A stretch of 64,000 nucleotides of DNA from Utricularia gibba. Taxonomy: Eukaryota; Plantae; Magnoliophyta. The notes below the pieces were generated by a model. The model was not told the origin of the DNA and searched no databases. It was given only the letters and a program-made list of their open reading frames with translations. The first letter of the stretch is position 1. The number at the start of each line of letters is the position of its first letter. The position numbers and the translations under genes are program-made. The DNA is taken from positions 372,001-436,000 of the forward strand of contig NEEC01000011.1 in assembly GCA_002189035.1 (NCBI GenBank), in the 5' to 3' direction. This document shows, piece after piece, positions 10,950 through 24,079 of this stretch.

Positions 10950-13900
10950 ATCTATATGTTGATGTGTCTTTGACATTATCTAGTGGCATCAATAAGTTGT
11001 CTTGTTTTCAAAATTGTGAAAATCACTTTTGGTTTTGTGATACATGTACTAGCTCAACAGTGAACTATTCTTCGTGAACCATGTGCTCTAGTTGCATGAC
11101 ATCCTTGATGATTTTGATAATTTATTTCACTTTGGTGACATGTTTCCTTCTAATAATCATGTTTAGTCTCTTTTTGTTCAGGATCAGCAAAAGCCTAAAG
11201 GTAACTAAATGTCATTCAGATTCATGTCGACAAGGGTGATCCTTTTCCCCAGCATAAGCTTGTTGCATAACACAAGTTTTGTAAAATGGATTCTTTCTTG
11301 TTCTAGAATTGATGTTGTACTTATGGCATACTTAAAAATTTAATGTAACATTAGTTATAAATAATATATAATCTAAAACTTACTCTTTTTGTATAGAGAC
11401 ACGAAATCATTTTTATTTACCAAAAATCACAACTGCATCTTCCATCTCGTAGATTCACTCTATAAGTTTAAAAGTAGCATATTCCAACTTCAATTACTTC
11501 AATATAATTTATCGTCATTGATAACACACATTTTTCCTGAAATTCATAATGCAAAATAGTTATATTTTATTATAGTTTAGATTAGATAAATATGGTTTTT
11601 CATGCTTTAGTGGTGTTTATGTTAATCCTATATGATTATGTTGAAAAGTGGACTAAATCCTTTGATTTAGTCTACAACTCTTGTTACTGATGTTTCAGTA
11701 AGTTCAACAAGGAGATGAGCCGAAAATCAAACTCGCAAGCGTGTAAAACAAGCAAAGAAGGGCGCAAAATCCGGGGAAGGACAAAGAGCATTGTTCTACT
11801 GCCACCGCAGTCTGCAAGTTCAGGCCAGGAGCAGTACTGGCGGTCAGCAACAGTACTGGCAATCAGAAACAGTGCAATGGAGTGAAGCAAAAGAAAAGGA
11901 AATTAATTCGAAAAAAAAGGCGCGAAGAAGCGAAAAGGGGGGGGGGGGGAACGCAAGGGGTCTTCTTTCCCAACGGGAAAAACACCAACCAGAAGGGGAA
12001 GAAATGCCTTCATCACCTAGAAAAGCACCGGAGCTCAATCCAGCGCTACTGTTCCGGACTGTGAACCGTAGCTAACGGGCGGAAGAACAATCTTTATTTA
12101 CTTTCTAGTTTTCTGAACATTTTGACTTTCTGTATTTTACTTGTTTACAATGTTTCTGCCATTTTGGCCAACTTATATAAATGAAATCGTGTTTTATTTC
12201 CAAAGCATGAGTGACTAGAGTCTTAGGGATGCCTTAAGGAAAAGTAGGTGGTATGTGCTCAGGTTGATGATAAAATTTAGTTGTCTTTCTTAACTCTTGT
12301 TTCTAACAAACCATGGGTAGACCTAAGGAGCGGAGCAAGTAGTTTCACAACTTAAATGCTTGGTTTAGAGGTAGACCAACAAACCAAGACAGGATCAGTC
12401 GGTGTTAGTCCAGGGTAGAACCAGTAGAACCGGGTAGACCTAGTTCAATATGCCTTGCATGCGGGTAGATCTAATTGCAATGTTGGTTATGATATTGAGG
12501 ACTAGCTTAAGCCAAAAATATGATGAATGACCTGGGTAGACTTAGGTTATTTGAAGTTGTGAGTGTAGGAAGATAATAAATTAAGTTAGGAAGCTTAGCA
12601 TAACACCACCCGCAGATTCTTAAGGCGTTCTCGTATTAGTCTGAGTCAAAACCAGTACCTGTTACTTTACCTTAGAAACCTGATATTGCTTACCTACCTT
12701 GTTTACTGAACTTGTTTGCCACTGTTAGTCCGAGCTTAGACTAAGACCTATTGTTATCCGAAATCATGCATTTACTAAAACACTTAGCAAGCACAAGCTC
12801 TTCGTGATCGATCCCAATATCCACTATACAAGTTTTCTAAATTTGTATTTTGTGTAGATTAGGGAGTATAAATTTATTTGATATGGATTTTCTATTTTTA
12901 TTTGCAACGATATTAGGAAAATTTCCGTTTATCAGTCATTATGGTGTGTCTATAAAAAAATAAATAGATTATGAAGCATTTGTATAATTTAATTGACAAA
13001 TTACTAATACATAAATCTCTCTTCTATCATATAATAATGTCTATTTGTCAAGTAGCACTCTCATCATGTATGTGAAGACTCTCATGCATGCTATTTTCAA
13101 GCATGCATCTTTTGATCAAAATCCGTTTTAGTTCGAGCTACTACAATAGACCAAATCAACTCTCTAAGACTTGAAGTTTTTTTATTCTTATTTGTAAGAT
13201 AATTACTTCTCAAATTATACATACACCATTTATGATATCTAGGTGGAGGGCTAAATTTGTGAACATTTCTTAAAATTGCAACTAGTGCAGATCCTTTATC
13301 ACTTATGATATATAATTTTCATGTGTGTATAATATGGATATTCAAGAGGTAACGAAACCATATCCAAGATGAATCACTATTTTATGTAATAAGTAGAATA
13401 TGTTTATTTGCATTAATTGGCACTGGTGACAACAACGTGTACTTGTAGCCATCTATAGATGTGTTGCATCAACACAAAGCACTTGCCTGCAATGTTGAAA
13501 TGTTTCAATTGTAAAACTAAATGTCCAAAATGTTACCTGTGTAGCTATTCTTCATCACTATCAACTTTATAGTGAAATTCTACAATTGTTTCAAGATTTC
13601 TAGCGACAGACTTTATTAAGATATTTGGGTAATTGGGTACACGAATCATCCCATGAGTCATAATATAGTTCATATGCATGAATAAAAACCATCTATACTT
13701 ACCAATAACTTATTTTTTCACAAAGACCTATATTTGTTGTCCATGTATTAGTTCTTTTGTAAGGCCTAGTGTTCAAAGATCATTGACAATTCGGTTTTAT
13801 TCACTTGATGGCATGTAGGGCATTATTCATCGATCTGATTTTGTATTCTTACTTTGCTTTAATATTCTATATCTCAATTACATTTTTCAGAACTGTTTTA

Positions 13901-14200
13901 TCTTTGAAATGCATGCCAACAACAAATTCCTTAGCATTTTCATTGCAGTAGTTAATTGTATAGTCAGTATGTATAGAAACATCCTTCTACATTTCTGATG
14001 ACAAGGATAATGGTTCTTCCAAAGGTTCATATTTTAGGATATCCTTCTCAAGATTAGTAACTATATTAGTCATGCTATTATAATTTGGGTCATTATCACT
14101 TGATATATAAGTTGGATCATCACTTTCATCATTGCTCTCATCGGAAGGATAATTTGGGTAATAAGTTATAACCAAGTAATCATACAAAATATAATTTGGA
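10950..14200 (-). mobile_element. Degenerate Mutator (MULE) transposase with SWIM finger, split by solo LTR B; element may span about 9.7-16.9 kb
   Basis: Minus strand gives EFVVGMHF (about 13910), LCVDATHL..YK..LL..NAN..SWIWF (13350-13480), IISDKG..YHKWCMYNLRSN (13200-13310) and YRVNLRDGRCSCDFW (11410-11470). TGACACAATT subrepeats at about 9990 and 16760, and inverted at about 16880. Confidence 0.8.
11519..12934 (+). mobile_element. Athila family-2 solo LTR, copy B
   Basis: TGATAAC...TTTATCA ends with a perfect 5-bp TSD GTCAT at 11514-11518 and 12935-12939. Confidence 0.95.
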
Positions 14201-17200
14201 TAATAAGAATAAACAACATAATTTAACTATCAAATGACAATTTTAAAAAGAAGGTTACTCATATGTAGTGGAATATCCATAATTAAAAGCATTAGAATTG
14301 TTGAAATAATAGCCTTGTACATTTGTATCATGATGAAGTGATATATTCAAATCAACATTACCTTAATATTTTGTAGATGCCTAAAAAGTTGTTGATTTTG
14401 TTTGAACATAAATATTAATACTGACATCTTTATTATGCGAGCCAATGATCTATCGTAGCATTTCTCTATTAAACAAATTGACCATCACTGTTGCACGCAT
14501 CAAAAACTTTATAGTCATATGTATGGTAAAAGAGGATGATCAATTGCTAACACAACGTGAATCTTCTTTACAAGCTTCTCAAATGACCAACTTGACTTAA
14601 TTAAAAGAACACCAATTGGATCTCTATTATATTACATATTGGGAATAGTATCACTATTACTATCAAAAATCACTAATTTGATCTTTATCATGCTTTGATT
14701 CGTAACTTGAGCCATGACATGAAACACTCATGAGTTTTTATTTTAATGTTTGAAATATAAGAAATATGTAATTGATGATACACATTTTACTAATATTTTT
14801 GTAATATAAATTATCATTGTTTATTATAATTTAGGCTTTATTCATGTAATTTTTAATATTCTAACTGATGTTTATGTTATTTTTAATTTTATATGTGAAA
14901 GTGGATTAAATCAATAGATTTAATCCACTTTTTTATTAATATTTAATTGAGTTTTTGCAATAAGAATATCTACAACTCGCATTGAAATTATGTGTATCAA
15001 GTCAAGGTGGCACACCATCATAAGGTAGATAAAAAGCATTGTCTTTATCATCAACGATTCATAGATCCAAAATAGAATTAGTACGAATTTTAGCAATAAT
15101 ATGCTTTAGATATGAAGGGGAAGGAATTAGAGAAGAAAATTAAAATAACCATAGAAAATGAAAGCAATTTTAAGAGAAAGCAATTCCACATTTGTAAACA
15201 ACCTCATGCTTAGCATTACTGTTGTGAGATTAGAATAGTAGCTGATAAAACGAGACTTGATTTTAGTCAACTTCATGGTATCAAATATTTAGTATTACCA
15301 CTTTTTTTCATATTAAGTTTATGACATTGTTCTCAATTTTACTTTATAAAGTAAAGATTCTATTTCCTATCATATGTGGTTAATTTATGAGATGTCTTAG
15401 AATACACAAAAGTGGTGTATTCCAAAGTTTTGATTTTGATCACAATTTTTGCACAATTACTGTAGGAGAATAAGGCTTGTTTGATTCCCCTGCTTCAGAT
15501 TACAAATATGTGCAGTTTAACAAAAACCGATGGAGAAACAAAAAGTTGTAGAAATATGGAGAATGAAGATTGCAATAGATCCCAAAATAAGTGATCTTAC
15601 TATTTTCTCTCGGTAGAAAAGATCAAGTCTGAAAAAAAGGTAGTTTTTCTCTTTTTATGTTGTATCTCGCATCAGAAAATTGGTTGAACATGAGATACAT
15701 GACCAGTAGTGGCTACTGATGATGTGACCGTTGAGATTCAATTGATTTTTATAATTTTTCTCTAGGCACCATTTACCATGCGCATACACTTACTTTGACA
15801 TTTCAGTAGGGATCAGCATTGAGCATTAGTAACAAAAAGAAACGAACACAAATAGCTTAATGCATTATAATCCTCGTTATCAGAAACATACAGTCCAAGA
15901 GCCTATCAAAACATCGAAATAGTGGAACACGCATACATGAGGTCAAAATGTTTCACTTTGAAGTTTTTGACTACTTCATGGAAAACACAATCTTGCAACT
16001 AAGTTATTCTCATAGTATAAATTTTTGAGTTATTGATTGAGAGACTTTTCCTTGATCAAATCAATAAATTTCTAATTTGTCTAGATTTTCGGAATAGGAC
16101 GAACAATTTCTCGTAATATAAACTGCAGATGTTTTATCATAACTTGGGAGACCTAAAACATCAAACAATCATAGCACAACTTAAAAACTCAATTTGGCGG
16201 TAGCCCAAAAAATTGAAATAACTAGATTACATATCATATTCTGATACACTTAATTCTATTTATTTCACAAATTTGTTGACCTATACATGAAATATATTGT
16301 GAAACTTATCCAGATACACACAGATTATTTGAAGTTGTGTAAGTGTAAAATTATAGATTAAAATTTAGAATTTGACCATCACACCACCTAAATTATCTAA
16401 GGCATCATTATTTAATTTTGTGCAAAAATTTGAGTTTATTATTTTTTACATTTTTATTTGATTTAAATTATCGATCTTTTGAGCTTACTTGGTTTAGCAC
16501 AGGACTAAAACTGCAATTATTCAATAATCCTATATCTAGTACACTACACTAGAAATACCGACTATTTGTGATCAACTCTGATTCTGTTGTACATTTCATA
16601 TAATGTTTCTATGTGAATTGACATTATAAACTGATTTTTGGCAATGACACCAAAATTTCAATTTATTAGTATGCTTATAGATTATTTCAATATTGAAGGG
16701 TTGTTATAATTATATCTCAATATTGCTTTTTAAGGAAATATGTGATTGTAAAATTTTCAATTGACACAATTACCGAATGTTTGCCACAAATCAAGCATTT
16801 TGAAATTTGTGAAATTATGAGAATCTTATATAGTTGAACTTTTGAAAATAATGCTGATAAAAATGAGGAAATGTTACTAATTGTGTCAACTTTTTTGGAT
16901 TTTTGGGAAATATATATTTTGTATGTAGAGTAAAAATTATTTATCAAACATACTCAACTACACTTATAGATGTGAATTATTTATTAAATTATTTTCAGTT
17001 ATATGAGATATATAAAAAGTAATTTTTAATAAGTAATTATTATAAAGAATTGAATAATAAATTTAAAATTATGAATATGTTGCTTATTTTAAATAATTTT
17101 ATAATAAAATTTCAATCATAGTGAAATTTAAAAATAATCACTCAAATAAAAATTTCGTCAGAATGTATCTTATTATCTAAATTAATATTAAATATTATGA

Positions 17201-18336
17201 TGTTAATAGAAAAAAATATTTTTGATATAATATACTCATATTTCGGGAAAAAAATCTTTGTTTTTATAACACAACCTTGAATATTTAATGTATTATAACT
17301 TTTTTTATGATAAATGTAATAATTGTGAACAAAAATTGGTGAAATTTTGTGTTTGTTGTTTATTATAAAGTTTTAGGGTAAGTAAAATGTGAAATACATT
17401 TTCGCCCTTTTTTTAAACAATATAAAAATAATTGGATTTTGATATTTTTATGGCACATGCAAGAATGTGTATTTCGTATGTTCCATTAGAATTATTTTTA
17501 AATTAGATGAAATAATACTTTGTAATTATTTAAATGATTAAATCAGTATATTTATAAGATTAATACTTTTATAATATATATGTATATATAAGGAGTACCA
17601 TACATCTAATTTTATTGATTTTCCCTCACTTTTGGTAGAGTAATAACATATTACAAATCTATAAACCTCCGAAAACAAAAATCGAAGTACAAGAAATACA
17701 AAATTTAGTGTTCAAGTTCTACGATAATATTCAATCATTCAAAATGAAAGTGGAGGTACAAGCAAAGGTGGAATTGAAGTGAAAATATGAATAAATGATT
17801 TCCAAACCAGAATCCGTCAAATGCAAGTAGTGAAGCTATTAGAAAGTTAGAGATTCTAGAGAAAGAATTATAACTTCACTGATTATAAATTCAGTCGTAT
17901 GAAAATGATCTTACAAATAATACTCAATAAAGAGACATTTCCTCTACAAGTGTAGGTACAAACAAAGGTAAGTGAAATTATCTGAAGGAAAGGAAAAATG
18001 AAAAGAGATAGCAATAATATCGATTTTTTTTCAGAAAAATTGACTTATTTTGTAGGTTTTTCATGTAAAAATTTATATTGCATCATTTTTATGTGAAACT
18101 ATCCTACGAAATTCTCTAGTGCCTACGTGTCATTCCAATTCTTAATAATTAAATGATGCTTTTTCAAAAAAAATAAAAAAAACAACTATATGCTAAACAG
18201 GAAGATCAATAAAGGCAAAAGCGATATGCGAAAACTGAGTAAATTAGAAGGGAATGCCAAACCGGGATTCCAAATATATCCAAAAGGGGTACAAATGGGG
18301 CAGGGGGGGGGGGGGACATCAGCTCAGGAACAACAA

Positions 18337-20499
18337 CTAAAGTGTAGGAGAAGATGGGGGATTAATGGGAGGACCAACCGAGGGGCCAACGTGCCCCTGA
18401 AGCCTTGCCCTTAGCTTGGCCTCATTCTCCCGCCCGATTCTAGCTCGAATGAGCATTATTAGGCGCGCCCGATCAGCCTCTAATCTGAGTTCAGGAGCAA
18501 GGTGAACATCCAGCATATTCTCATGCGTCGTCAAGGGATTGGCCCTATTGAAGCGCGGATCCATAAAGGACAATCCAAACTCTTGCTGATCTGATGCCTT
18601 TTCTGGTAGAGAAGCAAGCTGATCAAATCTCCCACATAAATGTTGGACAGCTCCGAGAAGCATGCCGAGTTGGCGAAGTTCTCCAGAAGCTCCCGCCGAG
18701 ATGCTTCATGATTTAGTAACTCGGCCTCCAGCGCTGCAACACGATCTTTGGCCTCGTTCAACTCAGCCTCTGCCTCCTCAAACCTTACTCGGAAGCCCTC
18801 TCTCGGTGATCGCGCTTTCCGAGAATGCTCCTCAGCGAACTTCCTTCCTCTGCCATTAGTTTTATCTTGGCATCCTGGGCTTCAACATGCCGTTGGAGCC
18901 GAAGAACTTCCTCATGTTTAGAGCCCACCTTGTTGGCCATCCCCCATCCGAAAGTCAAGGTCTGGACAAAAAATACTTAGTTACGATTCGGCTATGAATG
19001 ACACTAAGAAGGAAAAAGGTGAATACGTGCCAAATCTATTTAAGTATCGCTTTCGGCTGAACGTCCGGGAGACTCGATATAGCTTCATCAAACAGCTTCC
19101 TTAATTCGGCCGGAACCGAAGATGGAGGGAGCGCCGTATCATCCTCAACTTCTATCAGAGCAAGGTCCTCCTCTCCCTCACCCGAGGGAGCCGACATAGA
19201 AGCACCCGCCGAAAGAGGTCCCGTACCGAGAACTGGGGCATCGTTAAGATCAGGCGGAGGAGATACCCTCTCTTTTCCTCTTCCGGTAGGGGGGGAGAAC
19301 TTGGATCCCGGGCCCCGAACGCCTCTATCATTCGAACTTCCTTGACAGAATGGTCCTCGGCATTCGGACAGCTTTCAGGTGAACTGGCCTGAAAGAAGAA
19401 TTGGAAAAGGTCAAAACGGAAACCTACGGTAATCGAGAAATGCAAGATAGACCTGTGCAAGAGGAGCCGCTTCCGATTCCTGCATTCTTTGCATCTTGGC
19501 AGAGAAGCAGGCCATCATCGAGTCTTCTAACGCACTCCTTTTGGCCATCTCTTCAGCTGCAAAATCCAAAACCAAAATCGGGAAAGTAGTAAGGCACTTG
19601 CCAAATCGGAAAACCGAGAAAATAGAACCTAACTACCTCTTGGCTGCTTAGAGGTTTTAGGGGCAACCGCGTAACCCTTTTCTTTTTCTTGGGGGCCACG
19701 GGTCAGGCAGTAGAGAGAGTCGGAGATGAAATAGGAAGGAGGGGAGGATTCGGAGGAGAAGTAGGGCGAGGAATTGGAAAATCGGCCCCTTCAAAAGGCA
19801 CGATATTGAGCCAGTGGGGGTCACAGGAACGACCGATAATACCAAATCTCTTCAGCGACTCACCCAAAAACATGAGGGCATGAGTTTCGAAGCAGATAGA
19901 TCCTCGGCTAAGCCTTTCATACAAACTTCACGGGATTCGGGGGAGGATTGATATGCTCCGAAGAGCTTTATTCTAAAAGGCATCGAGGGATCATTAGGGA
20001 AGTTCCATTGAGAACCCGGTGGAGGTGCCACCCAGATAAAAGAAGACCACCAATCGTGGTGGGTATGAGGGGCTTTCACAATGAAATGAGGGTTATCCTT
20101 GAAACGGCGGAATTGGAAGTGGGATCGGCCATCCATCGGAGACTTTGCTTTACGAATGTCTACCTTAAAAAGATGAAGGAAGTCTACTAAAGTCATAGCC
20201 GGATCCATGCCAGCCGAATAGAATAGAAAGGTGGTAAAGTAGAAGATGGTATTCGGGGCTAGGCAGTAAAGCGGTATCGCGAAGGTATGGAGAAAATGAA
20301 CTATTAGAGGGTGAAGAGGGAACCGTAGACCACTTTCAAAATAAGCTAGGGGAACCGGCAAACTGAAAGGAGGAAGCGGAGTCTCGCCTAATCCCCAGGG
20401 AATATCAGTATCCTGGGCAAGAAAAACCTGGTACTCATCAGGGATCGAATACCAAATGCGGAGAGACGGGATGTTCAACTCGCTAGATCTTCTACCCAT
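18337..20499 (-). pseudogene. Antisense additional ORF of Tat/Retand elements (putative gypsy-type transposase, PF04195-like N-terminus, coiled-coil C-terminus), fragmented
   Basis: YFESGLRFPLHPLIVHFLHTFAIPLYCLAPN and HHDWWSSFIWV are typical of this family. Further pieces at 19155-19460, 18531-18761 and 18337-18663. Confidence 0.8.
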
Positions 20500-21090
20500 A
20501 TTCGGAAGAACGAAAGAGGGAAAGAATCCTAGAACAAAGTGGAAACTCAGAGGAAAAAATGCGAAAGAGGGAGCCCAATCAAATCCCTAGAGGTTGAATA
20601 GAGAGGATGGAGAACCGACTGGTATCTAAAAAATTCACAATTTCCGGTGGGACTACGGCGGCGAAGGCGACAGATGAGCACAAATAGCACTGAGATCTTG
20701 CGGATGAACAGAGAAAACAAAGGAGAGAAATGACAGGGGAAGTGCGTTTATAAAGGAAATTACCAGGAGGCGAAACGACACGTCGTTTGAGGTGCCCAAA
20801 ATGACCATGAAAAAATGTGGCGTGATCCGGAGGTGACACGTGGCAAGGAATTTGGTCCAAATCGGCTTGAGACCTATTCACAGAAAAGCGGTATACCCGA
20901 AATCGGCATGACTGTAATTCTGATCCATCGACTTACCTTGGCTCGGGAAATGTCGGTAAATCAGAGGGGCTGAATGATGGGGTATAAATCGGTTGAAGTT
21001 AATCATTTTGTGAAAAGGCTGCCGAAAGGAACTCTGAGGGGAAAGCGCTAACCGACAATCCGATATGTGATAGAGATTTGACAGCGGCGA

Positions 21091-22450
21091 TGATAGCACA
21101 CAAATTTTCATGTTATAGGATATGAAAAATCATAAATTTTTAATTATGTTTAAGTGTTTATTTTATATTTTTAAGTGTTTTTATGTAATTTAGGAAAATA
21201 TAATTTTTTGTGTGATTAGTGGGCTAAATCCTTTGATTTAGCCCACCCCATGTCTAACCCGATTTAGGAGTCTAGCAGCAACCCAAGAATCAAGGAAAAA
21301 TCTGGATTTCATACAAGTCACCGGTGTAGGGGGCAATGAGTACACTGTCACGATGGCACTCTGCAAGTCAGGGCCAGGAGCAGCAGATTTGTTAGAGAAT
21401 GTACTTGCCTTGGGCACTGGGAGGCGAGAGAAAGAGGAGAAGGAGAGAGAATCGCAAAAAAGGGGGTTCGACCAGAATTTTCAAAACACACACGAGGGGG
21501 TTTCTCCCCCAACTGGAACACGAAGAATACTGAAGGAGAAGAAGAAAGAAAGGCAATTTTTCTGGAGAAGAACCTCCAGCTTGAAGGAAGAAGATCAAGA
21601 CTCAATTCAGCGCTACTGTTCCGGACTGCTTTCTTTTAGTTTGCTGATGTCTTTAGTTTCTGCATTCAACTTCTGCACGATGTTGTTAACATTTTCTTTG
21701 TTTTATGTTAATATCATTACCTTTCACCTTCCAAATATGAGTAGCTAAACCCCTAGGGGTGCCTTGAGGTGAACCATGGTGGTGTAGGTCTAGGAATCTT
21801 AATAAAATTTACCATTGTTCCTTAGCTTTTGTTTCTATCAAGCCATGGGTAGACCTAAGGAGGGGAACAAGTAGCTTCACAACTTAGATGCTTGATTTAG
21901 AGGTAGACCAACAAATCAAGACGTGAGCAGTAGATGTTAGTCCGAGGTAGAACCAGTAGAACCGGGTAGATCTAGTTCTATATGCTTTGCATGCAGGTAG
22001 ACCTAATTGCAATGTTGGTGATGATATGGAGAACTAACTTAGCCGAAAATATGATGAATGACCTGGGTAAACTTAGGTTATTTAAGGTTGTGAGTGTAGG
22101 AACATGGTAGATTAAATTAGGAATTTTGGCACCACACCACCTGTAGATCCTTAAGGCACCTTAGTATTATTCTCGGTTAGAACTAGTACCTGTTAGCTTA
22201 GCGTTAAGACCTGATATTGTTTATCGTACTTGTTTACCACTATTGGTCTGAGCTTAGACTAAGACTTACCATTACTTTGAATTCTGCATCTGCTGAAATA
22301 CATGACAAGCACAAGTTCCTTGTGATCGACCCCGAATTCCACTGTACACTTTGTGTTTAAATTGTATTTTTTGAGGATTAGAGACTATAAATGTATTTGA
22401 TACGGAAGTTTGCTTTTATTGCAACGATATGCTAAAATTTCCGTTTAACA
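21091..22450 (+). mobile_element. Athila family-2 solo LTR, copy C (inside the Retand LTR)
   Basis: TGATAGC...TTTAACA ends, TSD GGCGA/GGCGG, colinear with copy B. Confidence 0.92.
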
Positions 22451-22818
22451 GGCGGCCGTATGGCGCAGTTTGAAAAGCGGCCGCATCATAGCAAAACAGA
22501 CGACGATCATCTGAAAAGTAAGGATATAGTACAAGTACAAAAAGCAACTGGCACCCGCAGAATTGAGGATTCGCTCAAATCGGCTTCCGCTATAAATAAA
22601 AGAAATTATAATGGAAAAGGGCTTGGACTCTAAGCCTCCCAGCTTGTACCTTACTCCACCACCTCCGTCTAATAAGGAATTTTTCTGGCGAGCTCCATGG
22701 TTTTTTCGATCTTATGGCGGCTTTCCACTAAAAACCTTTGCCTGCCTTTCTTTCTTTAGATCACACTAAACAAATCGCAAAAAAAAGCATAACAAGGCAC
22801 CATATTTCTGGTCGCATT

Positions 22819-23302
22819 TGTAACCCAAAAATCGGCCTCACCTCGGACTCCGATTTCGAGACATAACAAACTAATGTAATAATATTCTTTATTTGATAAG
22901 ATTATAAAATCATCTACGTCACCGTAAGTCAAAAAAACACGTCACCGTGCCTCATTTGCGGAAGATGAATACTAAGCAATGGGGCCACAACTTTGAAAAT
23001 TGTATACCATCTTGTATTCTACGTGATCTACAACCTCCTTCTCACCCCTTTTGGACTGATAGTCAGATCCTCACTTCATATCACCCAAAATTCCACCTTA
23101 TGATAGTGCACCAATCACCTCGACATTGATTGCCATGTAGTTCCGCACTACGTCACCAGATTTATTGCCCCCATGCATGTTCCTAAAGCTATCAAGTGGC
23201 AGATACATTTACAAAAGCCCAGGGGACACAACATTCACCTTTCTCCGAGACAAATTGGATCTTACTGCTCACACTATCTCCCAGTTTGTAGGGGGTGTGA
23301 CG
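22819..23302. mobile_element. Possible decayed Tekay/Del-type LTR fragment
   Basis: Starts TGTAACCC and ends GGGGTGTGAC, like Tekay LTR termini. No convincing TSD. Confidence 0.25.
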
Positions 23303-23479
23303 GAAGTTTAAGGTGATGTGGAAGAAGGAACAAGTTGCAGGTATTAACACTTGGTCCCAGGTGTGATGTTTATTTATATATGTGTAATATTTAAATTGTG
23401 TAAACCAGAGAATAATGGAGAAGAGAGAAATAGAAGATGCAAGTAATGATTCAAAAAATACTTTTTAGTCATCTCAAAA

Positions 23480-24030
23480 TTCATTAATGTACTATAAGAA
23501 TCACAAAGCATGGAATTATGCAATTGTAAGAGAAGTTGATTGGAGAAAATTTATCTATTACTCATGGTAAGAAAAATTGGAGGAATTCACAGATTCTGAC
23601 AACAAGTGGCAAAATGTAAAAAAGTTTCAAAAAATATAAGGTAAGATATGATACTTATTTGGAGGTTTTTTCTAATTTAAAATTCAATAAAAATAATTAA
23701 ATATGAATACAGAAAATATTAAAAAAAATTATATTTTTAGAAAATCTCCAGAATATTAAACTTGAAGATGATGATAATGAGGGGATTTTAGAAATTTCAA
23801 GATCAACATTTATAAATATTGCTGATGGTGAATTTGGTAAGGAGAAGGGAAAGATCCCACTAACACTTAAAAAACTCTTGATTATAAAAGATGCAAATAG
23901 CAAGGCAAATAGTGATATGGCTTGATAGATAAATATTTTGTAATAAATTTGAATCTGTTGGCCTATATGCATAATATACCTCCACGCATATTTACAAGGT
24001 ATTCTTACAAAATTTTGAAATGTAAGCAAC
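23480..24030 (+). mobile_element. Degenerate hAT transposase N-terminus (BED zinc-finger region)
   Basis: AWNY...GKK(fs)IGGIHRF...NVxKCKKV-like remnant followed by an acidic linker. Many stops. Confidence 0.45.
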
Positions 24031-24079
24031 TGATAGAATGTAGAGTAAGTGAAAGTATTAAATACAACAATTGATTTGA

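Larger units (their letters stand above)
18190..22763 (+). mobile_element. 3' fragment of a Tat/Retand Ty3/gypsy element: antisense ORF, PPT-like tract and 3' LTR (about 20975-22763, interrupted by LTR C)
   Basis: Antisense Transposase_28-like ORF, AGAGGGGC purine tract at about 20963-20970, LTR-like TGATGGGG...GATCA with CTATAAATA. No gag-pol or 5' LTR seen. Confidence 0.75.

Noticed and set aside
11791-12075. ORFs in LTR B and LTR C (21353-21748) sharing the peptide IQRYCSGL
   Set aside because: Shared only because both lie in copies of the same LTR. Frames are not conserved between copies and are low complexity.
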